The notes below the pieces were generated by a model. It was not told where the DNA came from. It saw only the letters and a program-made list of their open reading frames with translations, and ran no database searches. Both the position numbers and the translations under genes were made by a program. 64,000 nt of DNA from Hemiscyllium ocellatum (Eukaryota), in contig NC_083449.1 of NCBI RefSeq assembly GCF_020745735.1, forward strand, positions 2,888,923-2,952,922, written 5' to 3'. Positions 52,721 to 64,000 of the stretch are shown one piece after another. Positions within the stretch are counted from its first letter, which is position 1, and each line of letters opens with the position of its first letter.

Positions 52721-52864
52721 TATGGTCATAACCCTCTATTTCTTACATATTCATTTGCTTACCTAAAAGTCCTTTCAATACCCTTGTTGTATCTTCCTCC
52801 ATCTCCACCCCTGGCAATGTGTTCCACTGCTGCCAGTCTCTTTGTTTAAGAATAAAACTGCCCC

Positions 52865-55605
52865 TTATGTCTCATAGAGTCATAGAGATGTACAGCATAG
52901 GCCAGGTGCTGGCAGCAGGAGTAGATTGGGTTAGGATATCTGATCGGCATGGACTGGTAGGAGCCTAATACCGTCAAAATTGGCCTTTCTCCAATTTAGA
53001 ATTTCAACTTTTAGATCTGGTCTATCCTTTTCCATCACTATTTTAAATCTAATAGAATTATGGTCGCTGGCCCAAAGTGCTCAACCACTGATGCCTCAGT
53101 CACCTGCCCTGCCTTGTTTCTCAAGAGTAGGTCAAGTTTTGCATCTTCTCTAGTAGGTACATCCACATAATGAATCAGAAAATTGTCTTGTACGCACTCA
53201 ACAAATTGCTGTCCATCTAAACCCTGAACACTATGTCAGTCCCAGTCTATGTTTGAAAAGTTAAAATCCCCTACCATAACCACCCTATTATTCTTACAGA
53301 TAGAGTCATAGAGATGTACAGCATGGAAACAGACCCTTCAATCCAACCCGTCCATTCCAACCAGATACCCCAACCCAATCTAGTCCCACCTGCCAGCACC
53401 CAACCCATATTCAAACCTGTCCTAATCATATAACCATCCAAATGCCTGTTAAATGTTGCAATTGCACCAGCCTCCACCACATCCTCTGGCAGCTCAATCC
53501 ATACACGTATCACCCTCTGTGTGAAAAGGTTGCCCCTTAGGTCTCTTTTATATCTTTCCCCTCTCACCCTAAACCTATGCCTTCTAGTTCTGGACTCCCC
53601 GACCCCAGGGAAAAGACTTTGCTTATTTATCCTATCCATGCTCCTCATAATTTTGTAAACCTCTTTCAGGTCACCCCTCAGCCTCCAACGTTCCAGGGAG
53701 AACAGCCCCAGCCTGTTCAGCCTCTCCCTGTAGCTCTGATCCTCCAACCCTGGCAACATCCTTGTAAATCTTTTCTGAACCCTTTCAAGTTTCACAACAT
53801 CTTTCCGATAGGAAGGAGACCAGAATTGCACGCAAAATTCAAACAGTGGCCGAACCAATGTCTGATACAGGACACCATGACTCCTAACTCCTGTACTTAA
53901 TACTCTGACCAATAAAGGAAAACATACCAAACGCGTTCTTCACTATCCTATCTACCTGCGACTCCACTTTCGAGGAGCTATGAACCTGCACTCCAAGGTC
54001 TCTTTGTTCAGCAACACTCCGTAGGACCTTACCATTAAGTGTATAAGTCCTGCTAAGATTTTCTTTCCCAAAATGCAGCACCTCGCATTTATCTGAATTC
54101 AACTCCATCTGCCACTTCTCAGCCCATTGGCCCATCTGGTCCAGATCCTATTGTAATCTGAGGTAATCCTCTTCGCTGTCCACTACACCTCCAATTTTGG
54201 TGTCATCTGCAAACTTATTAACTGTACCTCTTCTGCTCGCATCCAAATCATTTATGTAAAAAACAAAAAAGTAGAGGCCCCAGCACTGATCCTTGTAGCA
54301 TTCCACTGGTCACAGGCCTCCAGTCTGAAAAATAATCCTCCACCACCACTCTCTGTCTTCTACCTTTGAGCCAGTTCTGTATTCAAATGTATTCCATGAG
54401 ATATAACCTTGCTAATCAGTCTCCCATGGTGAACCTTGTCGAAAGCCTTACTGAAGTTGAAATGACTGGAGCCTAAATCCAGCACCTTAGACCACTCTGC
54501 CACGCTACCGTGGTTACAGCTGAGATCTCCTTACAAGTTTGTTTCTCAATTTCCCTCTGACTATTCGGGGTCTATAATACAATTCCAATAAGGTGATTAT
54601 CCCTTTTCTTATTACTTAGTTCCACCCAAATAACTTGGATGTATTTCCAGGAATATCCTCTCTGAGCACAGCTGTAATGTTGTCCCTTCTCAAAATGCCA
54701 CACACCCTCCTCTCTTGCCTCCCTTTCTGTCCTTCCTGTAGCATTTGTATCCTGTAACATCAAGCTGCCAATCCTGCACATCCCTGAGCCATGTTTCTGT
54801 AATTGCTATGATATGCCAGTCCTATGTTCCTAACTATGCCCTAAGTTCATCTGCTTTCCCTGTATTTACTTCCCTTGCCTTGAAGTAAATGCAGTTTAGT
54901 TTATTTGTCCTACCTTGTCCCTGCTTGCCCCGACTGTTTGACTCGCTTCTGTTCTTAACGGTACCAGTCTCAGCCTGATCTCTTTCTTCACTACGTCCGT
55001 GGTCCCCCCCCCAACCCCCCCTCCTCCTTACTAGTTTAACTTGTCCCGAAGAAATTTCCCTGCCAGTATATTAGTCCCCTTCCAATTTAGGTGCATTCAT
55101 CCTTCTTGTACAGATCACTTCTACCCCAAAAGATTCCAATGCTCCAAAAATATGAATCCTTCCCCATGCACCAGCTCCTCTGCCATGCATTCATCTGTTC
55201 TATCCTCCTATTCCTGCTCTCACTAGCTTGTAGCACTGGGAGTAAATTCCTTTTTAAATTTCTGCGTAACTCTCTGTAATCTCCCTTCAGAATCACAACC
55301 TTTTTCCTTCCTATGTTGTTGGTTCCAATGTGGACAATGACCTCTTGCTGTCCCCTCTTCCCCTGTGAGAACATTTTGTACCCTCTCTGAGACATCCTTG
55401 ATCCTGGCACCAGGGAACCAACACCATTCTGCTTTATCGCTGCTGGCCACAGAAACATCTGTCTGTACCTCGGACTACAGAATCCCCTCACTCAATTGAT
55501 CTCTTGGAAGCCGATGTACCCCTCATCGCATTCGAGCCCGTCTCAGTACCAGAAATTTGGATTCTCAGGGGAATGTAGCATGGACAGCCATCACCCCCCT
55601 ACACT
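52865..55605 (-). mobile_element. Duplicated copy of the nested CR1 LINEs
   Basis: Colinear with 9155-11885. Confidence 0.92.
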
Positions 55606-55884
55606 TTCCAAAACATTATACCTGTCCAAAGGGAAATCAAATATTGACATGAAGAGGTACACATTCAGACAGATACCCAGAGGTGATTGGACACAGAGTG
55701 AGAAAGCTCTCATAAAGTGGTCTGGTTATAAACATGTGAACAATAAATTCAAATACAGATGCAGAATATAACTTAATCAAAAACTGTACTATTGAATAAA
55801 AGTTGTGGAAATTATCCAAACTGCTTTACACTGTCGAGACTGATTAATGATAGAAAAAGTCTCACTTTCATTTACAATCCATAG

Positions 55885-56189
55885 AATTTCTCCAGTGCCC
55901 TGCAACAACTCTCCAAATCTGATCCCACATAGATGTAGACCCCACCCTATCCCCATAACTCCACGTTTATCACAGTTAACCCACTGACACTGCACATCCT
56001 TGAATAATACAGGACAATTTACCATGGCTATTCCAGCAAACGTGCACATGTTTGGACCATGCAAAGAAACTAGAGCACGCAGAGGAAACTCATGCAGACA
56101 CTGGCAGAACGTGCAAATTGCACACAGATAATGAACCAAGGCTGGAATTGAATCTGTGTCCCTGGCACCACTGTGCCACCATGCCACCC
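55885..56189 (-). mobile_element. Duplicated HE1/V-SINE-like element
   Basis: Paralog of 12155-12499. Confidence 0.7.
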
Positions 56190-59100
56190 TGACATGGATG
56201 GCAATAGATAAAATCTTATTCATGTTGAGCAACAGAGATTTGAAGTAAATAGAGCTCCTGCAGTTTCTGCAAGTGTCATGTTTAACAGAGACAAATGTGT
56301 AAGTACACTCACTTATTCGCAGAACACAAACTGACAGATACAGATACTTTCAGGTACAGATGCACTCATCCGTTCAGCTTCAACTGTATGTCAGGGATAG
56401 ACTGATGATTGCAGAAACTGTCAGATACAAATTGAAATCTGCACTCAAACATTCACATTGCAGAAACTGACAGGTACAGTTTGATAACACACCCACATTC
56501 GCAGAGCAGAATCTCACAGGTATATATTGATAACTACATTTTTACATTCACCTAAAACCTAATGAGGCAGATTGATAACTAAAATCACATTGACATAGCA
56601 AAAGCTGACAGGTAGAGACTGATAATGCCACTCTCATATTCACACAGCAGAAACTGACAAGGTCAGATAAATAATTGGACTGTCATCACATCACAGAAAC
56701 TGACAGGGAGAGATAGATGACTAGACAGTCATATTCAAATTGGAGAAACTGATGGACAGATTAATAACGACACTTCCATATTCACAGATCAGAAACTGAC
56801 AGGTACAAATGGATAGGCAAAGCTGAGGACTGCAGATGCTGGAGATTAGAGTCAGGAGTGTGGTATTGGAAAAGTACAGGTCAGAAAGCATCCAAGGAGC
56901 AGGAGAATTGACGTTTGGTTTAAAAGCCCTTCATCAGTACAGATGGATAACTACACCAATACATTCACATCGAAGAAACTGACAGAAAAAGAATGATAAC
57001 TAAACTCATGCATTCCTGTCGCTGAAAGCAACAGGTACATTTCAATCTGGACCCCCACATGTTCACTTCGCAGAAGATGGCAGGTTGACATTGATAACTA
57101 CGTTCACATTTTAACAATGCAGAAACTGACATGGACGATTGATTAAACTATCCCATTTGAGAGTAGAAACTGTTGTATTCACAGAGTAGAAACCAACAGG
57201 TATAGGGTGAGAAATTCACGTAGGTATGCACATAGCAGAATCTTACTGGGAAAGGGTGATCTCCATACACTCATATTCAAATAGCAGAAGCTTAGAGATG
57301 CAAATTGATAGGCTCTCATTGTATGTATAAAATGGTTGGGTATATTCTCATTGGAGTTTTGAAGAACAATGGATGACCTTTAGAGCAAAATAAAAATTAT
57401 CTGAAGGGAGTTGACAGATTTGATGCTGGGGGTATGTCACTGCTCATGAGAGAATCCCGAGTAAAGGACAGTTTTGAACGGAAGCCTTCTGTCTAAGAAA
57501 GCAATGCAGAGCATTGTCCCCTTGTTCTGTTCCACAGAGAGCAGTTAGGGTTGAGTTATCAGCTTAATTTATGCTCATGTAGCCATATATCTTTTTTGAT
57601 ACATCAGGGAGTTTTTCGTTGTGAGTACTAAACATCAAAATGAGGTGAAGACCATAACTAAAGTCTTTGTGATCTCTTCTCAGGAGAGAGTACACACATG
57701 CAGATAGAAATGTCACAGAATTCTCAGGCTTCTTATGGTCTTCTGCTTTGAGGTATTTAAAGTGACACAAGATTGAAAGAAATTAATAACTACAGCAGAG
57801 ACACTGTATCTGCAGCATCATTCACTATACACTTTATCTTTAACTTACTGATGCGTGTGTGCTCACAGATCACACACTGATCGATTCAATTATAAGTTAC
57901 CCTGATGTATCAAGAATGGAGTGGAAAAAAAAACCCATTTCATCAGAAACTTTGAGATGTTGAGATATTTGCTCTCTGTCATGCCAGTAATTGACTGATA
58001 CTGAGTAAATACAAGATTAGAAAGAATAAACTGGCATTTATAGAATGAAATACTGAGTCAGTTGCAAAGCAATAAATCGTTAGGATATAATACAACTATT
58101 GTTTATGCCAGTTTCTAGCTAATCAATGTAACATCTGCAGTGATGTTGCAGATATTGTCAGTAACAATGTACATTATCCATTATCAAAATGCTGCAGTTA
58201 TAAATACAAACCCAAGTTCAGTTTGCATAGGGCATGGGAGTGGAGGGTAGTGAGTCCTACCTGAGTCTGTCCAAAGTGGTACCTGGTACTTTCAAAATTC
58301 ACACCGACCGATTAAAGCAACAAGGTACACTTTGGAAGGTTTGAGTTACAGTCCAGTAACATACTGGCATGTTAAGATCGTGAAGTAGAGTTTACCAAAA
58401 TACATCTCAGAAACAGATGGGCACAGATTGGAGTCGAGAGTGTAGTCCTGGAAAAGCGCAGCATATCAGGCAGCATCCGAGGAGCAGGAGAATCGTTGTT
58501 TTAAGCATAAGCCCTTCATCTTGACGTTTTGGGCATAAGCCTCTGATCCCCAACATCAGTAGTTCTCACTTTCTCCTGGGGGCACAGATTGGAGGAATAT
58601 TTCTAAGTGGCTGGCAAATAGTGTAACGTTTTACCGCTCACATCAGTGTTTGATGGTTACAGAATTAAACCGGTCTTGAAATAACACTGCCTATTAGATG
58701 GAGGACCAGAGCCTCATTGGACAGATGTTGAGTTAATGCAAAATGTGTAAATTAGGACATGACGGAGAGAAAGTGAAAGTGACACATATATGTTTAGCAT
58801 GCTGACAGTTGCTGGTTAACAGGCATTCGCGTAAGATGGAGAAATGTTATAAATCCCTGCATGAAACTGCAAGACGCCTAATTTAAACGTGCAGCAGCGT
58901 GGTTCAGTACACTGCAGGTATTTTCAAAGCACCCACTTAACGATACGTTTCTGGGCCCACAGTTATCAGTCAAGGTCTCAGAAACATATTCATCAATATA
59001 TGTCTCAACAAAAGTATTCCATATAAACTTGTTCTTATAATTTCTCCAACTCCGTGCAATTGAGAATGAGTTGGATCAACCCCAAGTGGAGAAAACATTC

Positions 59101-59564
59101 AGTCAGGTTCCAGTGGTATGTTTAACTTGACAACAAATGTAATCGCAATTTCTAATGGATGAGAGCTTTTTTTTTCACACAGTGAAAAGTTCTGTGTTAA
59201 TTCCATCCTATACAGAGGAACAGAACAGACATGCGGAGCTAGAAACGCATCAGCATAACAACGAGCAAAAGGAAACCGAGCCAATACAACAGTCACTTTC
59301 TGTATCGCAGACACAAAACAAATCTCCCTCAGTCAGACTGACAGGAACAGAATCACCATCCACTTCACATTTCGTTGCAGTTCCACTTTGAATCTCACAT
59401 TAACCGATCAGAGAGACTCCAAGGTTCGGCATAACTCTTTGTTAACTACCCAATCAGTAGCAAGGCTTTCCCATCCCTCATGAGCATTGCTGACGCCGTC
59501 AGTCTATAAAAAGGGAACTCCGAGCCCGTTTTGCCTTATTTTGTTTCTGAAAGTGAGCAGGACG

Positions 59565-59945
59565 ATGGCTGATGAGAAGAAAGCCCAGCAAACCTCCAAG
59601 AAGGGCGCGAAGAAAATCATTAAGAAGGCGCCAGCAAAGGGTGGCAGGAGGCGGAAAAGATCCAGGAGAGAAAGTTACTCCATCTACATCTACAAAGTGA
59701 TGAAGCAGGTTCACCCCGACACCGGCATCTCTTCCAAGGCCATGAGCATCATGAACTCGTTCGTCAACGATATTTTCGAGCGGATCGCGGGGGAGGCTTC
59801 CCGCCTGGCCCATTACAACAAGCGCAGCACCATCAGCTCCCGGGAGATCCAGACCGCCGTGCGGCTGCTGCTGCCCGGGGAGCTGGCCAAGCACGCCGTG
59901 TCGGAGGGTACAAAGGCGGTGACCAAGTACACCAGCTCCAAGTGA
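59565..59945 (+). CDS. H2B: Histone H2B, second copy (protein identical to copy 1)
   Basis: Same translation as 15843-16223; only synonymous differences seen. Confidence 0.98.
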   Translation: MADEKKAQQTSKKGAKKIIKKAPAKGGRRRKRSRRESYSIYIYKVMKQVHPDTGISSKAMSIMNSFVNDIFERIAGEASRLAHYNKRSTISSREIQTAVRLLLPGELAKHAVSEGTKAVTKYTSSK

Positions 59946-59986
59946 AGGACCGCGCAGCACTGAAACACACACATCCACAACCCAAA

Positions 59987-60002
59987 GGCTCTTATAAGAG
60001 CC
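59987..60002 (+). terminator. Histone 3' stem-loop of H2B copy 2 (TATA loop)
   Basis: GGCTCTTATAAGAGCC. Confidence 0.92.
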
Positions 60003-60968
60003 ACCCACATCATCCCTGAGACGGCTGAACCATTCCTTTGAGGATTGTTTGTTTTAGTTCGTGATTATTGATCGAGTAATTTAAGTTCTCGCGCTATATG
60101 TTTTTGAGTTAATAAGTGCTTTTTTGCAAATTATTCGGGAGTGGGGCGGACGAGAGCAGATCAGGCGCCAGTGAGTCATTTTTAATCTTGTTTCCCCCTG
60201 GCAGAAAAATGCCCACGTCTTTCACCCCCACATTGATGCATTTTACCTTCTGATTTACTTTACATTTCCAATGCGCGGGTTTGATCCGACTTTTCGCTCT
60301 GCAAAATAGCACTTCATGCTGTCGGTGAGAACTTCCAAAGCGAACGAAAAGAATACCAACACAGCTACTGGACAGAAACGTGGAGCTTTTGCTGAATCTG
60401 ATCGAGAGCGATAAGGGAGGACAGCTTTAAAATATCGCCTGAAAAAAAAACATGTTCGCCCTCGATGCTGAGCCGGAAGAATGCTGTGTGCTGTTTTTCA
60501 GTATATCGGGGTGGGATTGAAATGTGAAAAGGAAAGACAGGTTGCAGACTGCGGTGTTTGACCTGTTTAGTTTCAGCTGCTTCTTAAGGTTTAGAAAATA
60601 ACCCACTCTCAAGATCAGAAATGGACAGTTACAGATCGGCAAATGAGGGAGAGTAAGACCGTGTGAAGTACACATTTGGAAACTGAAAGTAAATAGCATG
60701 TGTATTAATATTTTTCTCAACTTCCTCAGATTTTTGTACTTCATTTTTCAGGTAAAATATACTGTTTTGTTTAGAATTTGGCGGGCTTTTCAAATTGTAA
60801 AAAAGCGGTTGATGATTCGTCGCCGGTACTCTCCGCCCTCCTCCCCGGGCCCCCTCCGGATTGGGGAATGAGGCAGATATCTGATTGGGAATTGAAACAA
60901 CATTAGGCGGGGCTGAACAATGGGACCAATCAGTAACAGACGCCCCACCATTCCTCCCGAAGGTATAA

Positions 60969-61418
<450 letters not shown>

Positions 61419-61448
61419 AGAGACCATTCTTGAATCTGACAACCCAAA

Positions 61449-61464
61449 GGCTCTTTTAAGAGCC
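61449..61464 (+). terminator. Histone 3' stem-loop of H2A copy 2
   Basis: GGCTCTTTTAAGAGCC. Confidence 0.95.
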
Positions 61465-62140
61465 GCTCACAGAATCAGTGAAAGGAACTGAACTCTCTCG
61501 TGTTGAATTACTTTCCTTTATATCTAGCCGTTATACCTAACATTGCTACATTTATATCTTCCTTTAATTGGATATTGTTACTGACAGTGGCAGCAGAGGA
61601 AGATTATATCATAGAACACGACTATAAGAGTGCCTGGAACTACTTTATTCCTCATTGCACGGTCACTTCCTGAGTTACCTTTATGTTTGATCAATGAGTG
61701 TAGAATAGTGTCACGGATGTTCCCGATCGGGTTTGGCTTCACGTTTCCTTTAATGGATCAATAAGAGCTGAATTCTCCCACTGTCTCTGTAGCATACACC
61801 TCTTCAATCCAATCCATTCTCTGCTCGGTTCATTTCAATCTCCCACACTTTGCAATTACAAAGATGCGATTCTTTACAAGGAATAACCAGCTTGCACAAA
61901 AGGACTTTCGACTGGCCGAATAACCTTTTATCTACATTGCGGGTATACTTACAATTTTAAAATCATTCGCCACTGTAAACAGCAACAAAGTTAACAGTGC
62001 ACTACGAATGGTCTCTGCCGAAACTGAAATAATTTTAAAAGACGTGATAAACGTGAAATAACCCGCCACAGTAAGATTACCCTCAGTATGCGCTGCCTCT
62101 CACGACCTCAGGTCTCCGCTCTCTGTCGGAGGATTTGGGT

Positions 62141-62156
62141 GACTCTGAAAAGAGCC
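62141..62156 (-). terminator. Histone 3' stem-loop of H4 copy 2, second pair G-U instead of G-C
   Basis: Minus strand GGCTCTTTTCAGAGTC. Confidence 0.88.
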
Positions 62157-62188
62157 TTTGGGTTCGCTGGAAAAGGGTCGCTTTACCC

Positions 62189-62509
<321 letters not shown>

Positions 62510-62683
62510 TCACTCCAATCGCTGCCGAATGAGAGCCGAGCTGCCTCCCCTTCTTATTTTATACAGCCCGGCCCGACCTGACTGAGAAAGAGCTGACAGA
62601 GAGTGAGAGGCGGGTCCGTAGACGAAAGTGAGTGACAGACAGATCATCCAGCTCACTCCAGCCCCAACTGCATCTGGGACTGA

Positions 62684-63554
62684 GTAAAAAATGAGGTCTG
62701 CAGATGCTGGAGATCACAGCTGCAAATGTGTTGCTGGTCAAAGCACAGCAGGTTAGGCAGCATCTCAGGAATAGAGAATTCGACGTTTCGAGCATAAGCC
62801 CTTCATCAGGAATAAGAGAGAGAGAGCCAAGCCGGCTGAGATAAAAGGTAGGGAGGAGGGACTAGGGGGAGGGGCGATGGAGGTGGGATAGGTGGAAGGA
62901 GGTCAAGGTGAGGGTGATAGGCCGGAGTGGGGTGGGGGCGGAGAGGTCAGGAAGAGGATTGCAGGTTAGGAGGGCGGTGCTGAGTTGAGGGAACCGACTG
63001 AGACAAGGTGGGGGGAGGGGAAATGAGGAAGCTGGAGAAATCTGAATTCATACCTTGTGGTTGGAGGGTTCCCAGGCGGAAGATGAGGCGCTCCTCCTCC
63101 AGCCGTCGTGTAGTTGTGTTCTGCCGGTGGAGGAGTCCAAGGACCTGCATGTCCTCGGTGGAGTGGGAGGGGGAGTTAAAGTGTTGAGCCACGGGGTGAT
63201 TGGGTTGGTTGGTTCGGGCGGCCCAGAGGTGTTCTCTGAAGCGTTCCGCAAGTAAGCGGCCTGTCTCACCAATATAGAGGAGGCCACATCGGGTGCAGCG
63301 GATGCAATAGATGATGTGTGTGGAGGTACAGGTGAACTTGTGGCGGATATGGAAGGATCCCTTGGGGCCTTGGAGGGAAGTGAGTGTGGAGGTGTGGGCG
63401 CAAGTTTTACATTTCCTGCGGTTGCAGGGGAAGGTGCCGGGGGTGGAGGTTGGGTTGGTGGGGGGTGTGGATCTGACAAGGGAGTCACGAAGGGAGTGGT
63501 CCTTGCGGAACGCTGATAGGGGAGGGGAGGGAAATATATCCTTGGTGGTGGGGA
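62684..63554 (-). mobile_element. Penelope-like element (Neptune-type) 3' fragment inserted upstream of H4 copy 2
   Basis: Absent from paralogous sites at ~18919 and ~3153; Cys-rich linker PCNRRKCKTC and GIY-YIG IIYCIRC..LYIGETGR. Confidence 0.93.
62778..62813 (-). ncRNA. Minimal hammerhead ribozyme in PLE terminal repeat
   Basis: ATTC-CTGATGA-A-GGGC(TTAT)GCTC-GAAA-CG-TC-GAAT. Confidence 0.85.
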
Positions 63555-63915
63555 ACCTTTTCTCCCCAAAGCTGACTGTTCCTGACCAGAGGAGCGCATG
63601 CGTGAGACCCTCCCTCAGCGCTGCCATTGAGGAGCATTTACTCAGTGAGTACAAGAGGTTTGTTTGAAACAGACCGCAATGGAGAGATCAGCGCCCAGGG
63701 AAGCGAGGGAACAGCAGGCTCCTTCCAGCAGCACATCGGGATGGGAGCCTGGGACACAGAGGGGACTCAGAGACCGGGACTGATTCGGGGTGAGTTGAGG
63801 GAGAACCGGGTGCTGTTTGTAAGAGGCCGAGCGGAGCAGGAACTGGTCCCGGAACTTAGAGTGAGCGGGCTGGGGGGGAAGAGAGAGGCCTTTCTCAGGC
63901 TGTGTGTGGTCCTGC
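63555..63915 (+). promoter_or_regulatory. Conserved GC-rich promoter/first-exon block, copy 3
   Basis: NRF1-like motif 63594-63603; donor at 63645. Confidence 0.6.
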
Positions 63916-64000
63916 TGTGGGAGATTCGTGCGGTTTACAATCCTCTGAACCCTATTTTAATTTCAATCTGTTTTCCACTCTTTCTTGAATTTAGGTGGAC

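Overview
Vertebrate genomic DNA, most likely an elasmobranch (shark), judged from HE1/V-SINE-like elements, abundant CR1-type LINEs and Penelope-like elements (PLEs). The window holds two copies of a replication-dependent histone triplet, H2B(+) H2A(+) H4(-), at 15.8-18.7 kb and 59.6-62.5 kb. They lie inside a segmental duplication (~9.0-19.4 kb repeated at ~52.7-64 kb), and no H3 or H1 is visible. A third, older unit at ~2.4-9 kb has lost the whole triplet but kept a strongly conserved NRF1-motif promoter block pointing away from H4. That block is followed by short, apparently non-coding exons, including a repeated 82-nt exon, which suggests a spliced non-coding transcript. Between the histone units lies a minus-strand Ig-superfamily receptor pseudogene (34.3-44.4 kb) that the ORF track shows only in pieces: two Ig exons, a transmembrane exon, mini-exons and an ITIM-bearing last exon. 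At least three PLE families carry minimal hammerhead ribozyme motifs, and one PLE sits in the promoter region of the second H4. The rest is mostly CR1 LINEs, Gmr1/Gypsy-like LTR relics, an ERV LTR with tRNA-Pro PBS, a solo LTR and minisatellites. All coordinates and identities were read by eye, and TE boundaries are approximate.
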